Source: Coraliomargaritaceae bacterium (GTDB lineage: Bacteria; Verrucomicrobiota; Verrucomicrobiia; Opitutales; Coraliomargaritaceae). From it: a stretch of 36,331 nucleotides of DNA. Shown here piece by piece: positions 31,660 to 36,331 of the stretch. The position numbers and the translations under genes are program-made. The first letter of the stretch is position 1; the number at the start of each line of letters is the position of its first letter. The notes under the pieces were generated by a model. It ran no database searches, was not told the origin of the DNA, and saw only the letters and a list, made by a program, of their open reading frames with translations. Location of the stretch: the NCBI GenBank assembly GCA_965656495.1, contig CBFHKU010000013.1, positions 1 to 36,331 of the forward strand, read 5' to 3'.

Positions 31660-32406
31660 CTAGGTGATTAGGGCAACGCCCATCACGGTAGCACCTATAA
31701 TGAGTGGAACTATCAAGATCAAACATCCGCATCCACTGTTTGCTTTGCGTATCGCTTGCTCTCGCATGCCTCTCTCATCTTGCTTCTCTTTCTTTAGCTC
31801 TGTGATTTCAGCACGATGCTGAGAGGCAGAGGTTATATACAACTCCTTGTAGATTTCCTCCTTCGACTTCCCTGCATAATCGTCATCGTCATCGACGGGT
31901 GCGTAATCAGCGAACTGAAACTCAGTATAGAACTCCTCAAACTCTGCGATGGCTTTCTTCAGTTCCGCCTCAGCATCTACAAGTCGACGCCTCACTGCAG
32001 GGGAAACTTCCTCCAAGTCATAGACTGCACCACGTTCTAACGAGCGGTAGTGATCAAGAATGTTGGAGTAGGTCGAAAGAATGTGGACGGATAGATTTCT
32101 TGCAGCAGATAGACCTATCGGACGAGCCTCTTCTATAGGGCAGTTTACGGTCATTCGCCATTTCTCCAATCTGATTCGACTCTCCGCGATGCTCCAACGA
32201 TCCCACTCAGCGGCCACGTCTGCCAGCTCTAGCTCATCAACACGACTTTCCGACATATCCAATGAGGCGTCGCGGCCTTTCTTATAGAGTTCTAAGGCTT
32301 CCTCTGCAGTATATTTCTTGCCAGACTCGTGTAGCCCATACTCCATTATCGTTCTGACGTAAGTGGGATCTGCAGGCTCAGGAGGCAGTAAATCATCTTC
32401 GCTCAT
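31660..32406 (-). CDS. Hypothetical acidic helical protein with a C-terminal membrane anchor
   Basis: 248-aa ORF with coiled-coil-like segments, ending GCGCLILIVPLIIGATVMGVALIT. Confidence 0.75.
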   Translation of the reverse strand: MSEDDLLPPEPADPTYVRTIMEYGLHESGKKYTAEEALELYKKGRDASLDMSESRVDELELADVAAEWDRWSIAESRIRLEKWRMTVNCPIEEARPIGLSAARNLSVHILSTYSNILDHYRSLERGAVYDLEEVSPAVRRRLVDAEAELKKAIAEFEEFYTEFQFADYAPVDDDDDYAGKSKEEIYKELYITSASQHRAEITELKKEKQDERGMREQAIRKANSGCGCLILIVPLIIGATVMGVALIT

Positions 32407-32464
32407 ACTAAATACGTTATAACTCTGTGCACTGTTCGGTCAATAGCCAAGCTAACCAGATGCG

Positions 32465-32695
32465 ATGAGAACTCGAAACCAAAGCCCAATCAGTTTCCAA
32501 TACGAAGAAGACTGGAAGACCGCACAACTGGAATGCCCGAAATGCGGTTGGCAAGGAACCTTCAATGACGGGGCGGTAGAATGCTATAGCGAACTCATGG
32601 ACTGCTCATGCCCTAAATGCGACTGGGCCACAGCTCCAATGCTCGCTATTGTTCTATGCACGCAGCCAGAAGACTTATCACTTGCCTCAGCGTAA
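32465..32695 (+). CDS. Small Zn-ribbon protein (possibly truncated)
   Basis: 76 aa with CPKC…CSCPKC (two CxxC pairs). Confidence 0.7.
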   Translation: MRTRNQSPISFQYEEDWKTAQLECPKCGWQGTFNDGAVECYSELMDCSCPKCDWATAPMLAIVLCTQPEDLSLASA

Positions 32696-32849
32696 GCCTA
32701 GACCATGTTCGCCTAATGGATCTATGGTTAGCACATGCAGTTAGTCACGGTGAGTATGAGAAACTATCCCTCGGCCATGAGTATGCTTATCTCACTTGGT
32801 CAGGATTGAGCCGAATGGCGCTCATGACAGAAACCTTAGCGCCCGCCTC
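32696..32849 (+). ncRNA. Candidate RT-associated structured RNA
   Basis: 154-nt gap directly upstream of the RT ATG with three predicted stems: TAGACCAT/ATGGATCTA, GTGAGTATGAG/CTTATCTCAC, GGCGCT/AGCGCC. Confidence 0.5.
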
Positions 32850-34223
32850 ATGAACTGGGAAGATTTCAATCGTTGGTTCAATCGCGACTTTTGGAGAGCG
32901 TTCAAGAACCGCACATTCCCGATAGATGTCCCCAATACTCAAGCAGATAAGAAGGCAACAGTCCGCAAGGTATTTGACGCTATAAAATCTGCTCGCTATG
33001 CGCCTTCCATCCCTGAAGCGGAAATCGTAATGAACAAAGGGCATGGGGTAGCTCGAACAATCCCAGTCTTTTGCATCGAAGACTACATCGTCTTCTACTT
33101 CTGCATTAAGGAACTAGAGGGCGTAGTGTCAGGTAACAGGACCGAGAATACCTTTGGAGGATGGTCATTAGGTGGTAGCCTTCGTAAGCTTGAGGACATC
33201 GATGTCGAGTTTGACACGGGCTTTTCGAGTGCACGCTACTCGTTCAACCCAAGATCATGGCAAAAAGCATTTGGCGAGTTCAACTCCCTCCTATTCGCGC
33301 AGCTTGAAACGGGTTCATACACTCACGCTCTACAGTTTGATCTATCCAACTTCTACGACTGCGTTCGCCTCGACATCCTTGAACGCTGGATCAGAGAAGA
33401 CGCTCCTTCAGATAAGGGCTGGATCATCGCACTCCTATTCTACTTCTTGAACCAATGGAACCGCCGCAACACGGGACTGCACCCTCAAGGCGTCGGCATC
33501 CCGCAGGATGCCCTAGCAGACTGCTCGCGTCTGCTAGCCAACTACTATCTTCAAAAATACGACAAGTTCGCCGCTACTCTTTGTTCGAGAGCGGGTGCCC
33601 TCTACTTTCGGTATGCCGATGACCAGATGATCCTTCTGAACGGCACGGACCGAATTGACGAACTCATGCTCCTACTCACTCGCAATCTCGACAGACAGGG
33701 TTTGAGAGTGAACCAAAAGAAAGTGGACCTTTGGACAATTAAAGATCTTGAGAAGCACAGGTGTCGGAAGATCCAAGCAATTTTCTCCGAAGCAGGCGAC
33801 AACAAAGACCCGAAGTTGGTTCGGCAATTCGTTGATGACTATTTCAAACTCTCCAGTGCTCAGCTCGCCAAGACTTGGAACGGCGGACTTCCGCTGCTTA
33901 ACCGCCTCCTATGGGCCAACTTAGAGTCACTGCCGCAGAAGCTCTTCAATAAACTCCTGACTCGCTACACTGCCCCGAAATACCTTCTCCGAGCAGAGAA
34001 AGACAAACTTGCACGCATCTATGAATTGAACGCTAAACGAAAAAGGCCCATCGATTTGTGCAAGCGACTGACTGACCTTGGGAAAGCTACCTTCCACAAT
34101 GGCTTTCACCATGAAACGTTGGCCTTTGCTAAAGAGATCAAGAACACTGCAATGAGGAAAGCATTCCAAAAGCGGCTCAAGGAGCTTGACGAGAAAATGG
34201 ATGCCAATCGTATTTCGCCATAA
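32850..34223 (+). CDS. Reverse transcriptase, UG/Abi (defence-associated DRT-like) type
   Basis: NKGHGVARTIP, FDLSNFYD, GIPQDALADCSRLLANYYL, YFRYADD, GLRVNQKK, followed by a helical C-terminal domain. No retron NAxxH/VTG motifs and no maturase domain seen. Start taken at ATG 32850. Confidence 0.93.
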   Translation: MNWEDFNRWFNRDFWRAFKNRTFPIDVPNTQADKKATVRKVFDAIKSARYAPSIPEAEIVMNKGHGVARTIPVFCIEDYIVFYFCIKELEGVVSGNRTENTFGGWSLGGSLRKLEDIDVEFDTGFSSARYSFNPRSWQKAFGEFNSLLFAQLETGSYTHALQFDLSNFYDCVRLDILERWIREDAPSDKGWIIALLFYFLNQWNRRNTGLHPQGVGIPQDALADCSRLLANYYLQKYDKFAATLCSRAGALYFRYADDQMILLNGTDRIDELMLLLTRNLDRQGLRVNQKKVDLWTIKDLEKHRCRKIQAIFSEAGDNKDPKLVRQFVDDYFKLSSAQLAKTWNGGLPLLNRLLWANLESLPQKLFNKLLTRYTAPKYLLRAEKDKLARIYELNAKRKRPIDLCKRLTDLGKATFHNGFHHETLAFAKEIKNTAMRKAFQKRLKELDEKMDANRISP

Positions 34224-34245
34224 GGCCACCTTGCCTGATCGTTCA

Positions 34246-34265
34246 ATTTGCAACATGTTGCAAAT
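34246..34265. repeat. Perfect 20-bp palindrome
   Basis: ATTTGCAACATGTTGCAAAT, extended by TGATC/GATCA flanks; near-copy at 31556-31573. Confidence 0.9.
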
Positions 34266-34329
34266 AAGGATCATAAATAGGAGGGAAAGAGGTAGGTAGT
34301 ATATAGGGAGATAGGGAAAGAGAGATAAG

Positions 34330-35514
34330 ATGCAGTTACCCCAGTTTTACATTTTGCCCAAGGGCTTCGACCTTGATGCCATTATTCAAAGGAAGCAGAT
34401 CGGCAACTACTACAACATGAGGCCAGAACGCTACCAGAAGGCGTTTGCCTTCATTACCCTAATTAACTGGTTCGGATTCGTTGAGCATTACGGCAAAGAG
34501 CGATCCGATGGCTGGGTGCAGATGAAGGCTTCCCTATTGGAGCGGTTACTCGGCAAGGGGTTTCCTAAACAAATCAGGTTCATGCTGGAGGATCTCGGAA
34601 TCATCGAGTGCGACAATCGATACATCGTCGGGCAGAAGTCTCTCAGCTTCAGACTGAAACCCCTATACGCAAACCGCCAGCAAGTCACCGCAGATATAAA
34701 CGATATTCGTTGGCGTGACCGTATCGCTCGATTTAACGCTATCGAAGAAGCGAAAACCCGCCACGCAATCGACAGTGCCCCCTACCAGACCATACTTGAA
34801 AACTTGCAACAGTTTCAATTTAGCTCTGATGCTCAGACCTATATCAAATTGTTTGAAAACCGCAGGCAAAGCCACCGCCAAATGTGTTTCGACCTTCTGG
34901 CAGAACGAACCAGCTTCTTCACTATCGATGGCAAGTCGGGCCGCTGTTTTCACACACTAACCAGCACGCCTAAAGAAATGCGTGAGTTTCTTAGAATCGA
35001 TGGCGAGAAGGCCAAAGAGGTCGACATACCAAACGCCCAACCCCTCCTAGCCGCCACCCTTTACGACTCCAACAAACCAGATCACTGCGAGGAGAAGACC
35101 CGCTACATCAGATTTATTGAGGCGGATTTCTACCTGAGTATCGCCAAGGCCGCTGGCAGAAAGACCATAGACCGCGACAAGATAAAGACGGCCTGCTATA
35201 AGGAAATCTTCTTCAACCCCAAACCGTCCACAGGGAGACTCTGGAAAGCCTTCGAGAAGCTTTTCCCAGCCCTTGCAGGGCTCATCAACAAAAGGAAGCT
35301 GGCGAGCAGCTCAGGCTTCGCTATCTACCTACAGAATGCCGAGGCGGACCTCGTAATCCATCGCGTCGGAATGAAACTAGCAGAGGCCGACATCCCCTAT
35401 GCCACTGTCCACGACTCAGTGATCGTCAAAAAGCGGCAGGCTCGCGTCGTCCGCAAATGGATGCGCGAGGCCGTCGAGGACGCCATTGGCCAGAAGGTGA
35501 AGCTAAAGTTCTAG
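34330..35514 (+). CDS. Minimal superfamily-A polymerase-like protein with an N-terminal wHTH-like region
   Basis: SGRCF pre-motif, motif A KEVDIPNAQP, motif B RDKIKTACYKEIF, LQNAEA, motif C TVHDSV. No exonuclease domain seen. Confidence 0.75.
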   Translation: MQLPQFYILPKGFDLDAIIQRKQIGNYYNMRPERYQKAFAFITLINWFGFVEHYGKERSDGWVQMKASLLERLLGKGFPKQIRFMLEDLGIIECDNRYIVGQKSLSFRLKPLYANRQQVTADINDIRWRDRIARFNAIEEAKTRHAIDSAPYQTILENLQQFQFSSDAQTYIKLFENRRQSHRQMCFDLLAERTSFFTIDGKSGRCFHTLTSTPKEMREFLRIDGEKAKEVDIPNAQPLLAATLYDSNKPDHCEEKTRYIRFIEADFYLSIAKAAGRKTIDRDKIKTACYKEIFFNPKPSTGRLWKAFEKLFPALAGLINKRKLASSSGFAIYLQNAEADLVIHRVGMKLAEADIPYATVHDSVIVKKRQARVVRKWMREAVEDAIGQKVKLKF

Positions 35515-35519
35515 ATTAT

Positions 35520-35927
35520 ATGACAATCGAAATATCAATACCGTCATCAGAAATGGGTCAGGCCGACTACAATTCGGTTTTAGACGAAGAGCACGCCGAA
35601 AGGGAGAGCACTGTGGAGAGTCTTTTCGACAAGCTTGGCCATGATCAGCAAGAGGTATTACTCGGTCAGTTCTGCACGAACAGCAGTCTGTATGGTCGGG
35701 AGACATTTTCGCATGTCGATTGCGTAAGTGAGGTAATTTTCGAGGGGGAAGATCATGGTGTTCTGTATGTTGAGTTCACAGGAGATATCTTCGCTGGTTG
35801 CAAAGATCTAAGGGGTGCTCCTGAGCATATCGAGAAGGTGGATTTCAATATCGATCACGAAAAAAGGCAGGTAGTCTTCACCACTAGGCCACCAGATCCA
35901 ATGGAGAGGGAACCGGATGAGATTTGA
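35520..35927 (+). CDS. Hypothetical acidic protein (135 aa)
   Basis: ATG 5 nt after the upstream stop (MTIEISIP…); D/E-rich. Confidence 0.7.
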   Translation: MTIEISIPSSEMGQADYNSVLDEEHAERESTVESLFDKLGHDQQEVLLGQFCTNSSLYGRETFSHVDCVSEVIFEGEDHGVLYVEFTGDIFAGCKDLRGAPEHIEKVDFNIDHEKRQVVFTTRPPDPMEREPDEI

Positions 35928-36047
35928 CTTTATTCACATCGAACTGGTAAAGACACTGCCGAACTGTTACAAAAAACCAACACAGCTCATTTGTATCAGG
36001 CACCCAGAAACCCCTTAAAATAAGACATTGAGGACGGCAGATTGACT

Positions 36048-36066
36048 CTCCCGCCACCTCCACCAT
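36048..36066 (+). repeat. att core, right copy (displaced tmRNA 3' fragment)
   Basis: CTCCCGCCACCTCCACCAT; preceded by GACT-CT-CCC where the tmRNA has GACT-CCC. Confidence 0.95.
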
Positions 36067-36331
36067 TTTGCGAAGCAAAAGGGTGCCCTGAGCCTCCCAA
36101 AGGGCTCCTTCCCCAAAACTTCACCCGGCAAGCCAGCTATAAAGACTTAAGTAGGCTGCCCACCGTCTGGTCCGCCGCTACGTCGGCATTTTCAAGCAAA
36201 ACGGAAAAGCGCAGCAGCTATTCCAAGACCTTATTGCAAAGATAACGACATGACCCCTGCTATGGGAGATATTGTCAAGCGGTTTAGATTTGGCTAAATC
36301 ATGGTGTATATAATCGTTGTGGTAAGGAGTG

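Noticed and set aside
32450..32733. Integron attC site (GCTAAC…GTTAGC)
   Set aside because: The ~280-bp span is too long and contains an ORF, and the integrase does not look like IntI.
32696..34223. Retron, group II intron or DGR
   Set aside because: No NAxxH/VTG motifs or convincing a1/a2 repeats, no maturase domain or domain V, and no TR/VR pair or avd gene seen.
36042..36245. 67-aa ORF across the right att site
   Set aside because: It spans the recombination junction and has no recognisable motif, so it is likely spurious.

Overview
The window has two parts. (1) 1-26800 is a host polysaccharide-utilisation locus whose features (PEP-CTERM proteins, many sulfatases, a TonB receptor without SusD) suggest a verrucomicrobium; the taxon is an inference. 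It holds three tandem PEP-CTERM proteins (the first is missing from the ORF track), a GH1 beta-glucosidase, six Cys-type sulfatases (one fused to an esterase), a TonB-dependent receptor, a XylR-type regulator, two GH10-like enzymes, a further clan GH-A hydrolase and a GPH-type MFS transporter. (2) A heptamer-repeat tract and the tmRNA gene (27007-27353, tag GEEQFALAA) are followed by an apparently complete ~8.7 kb element integrated in the tmRNA 3' end, bounded by a 19-bp direct repeat (27336-27354 / 36048-36066). The element encodes a tyrosine integrase, an orphan small-terminase-like protein, a lipoprotein, a serine resolvase, a Zn-ribbon protein, a UG/Abi (DRT-type) reverse transcriptase preceded by a ~150-nt structured leader, and a minimal superfamily-A polymerase-like protein. 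The RT cassette lies between two near-identical TTTGCAAC palindromes. The best candidate for a new system is this satellite-like island and its [putative ncRNA]-RT-(PolA-like) module. No searches were run; family calls come from motif recognition only.
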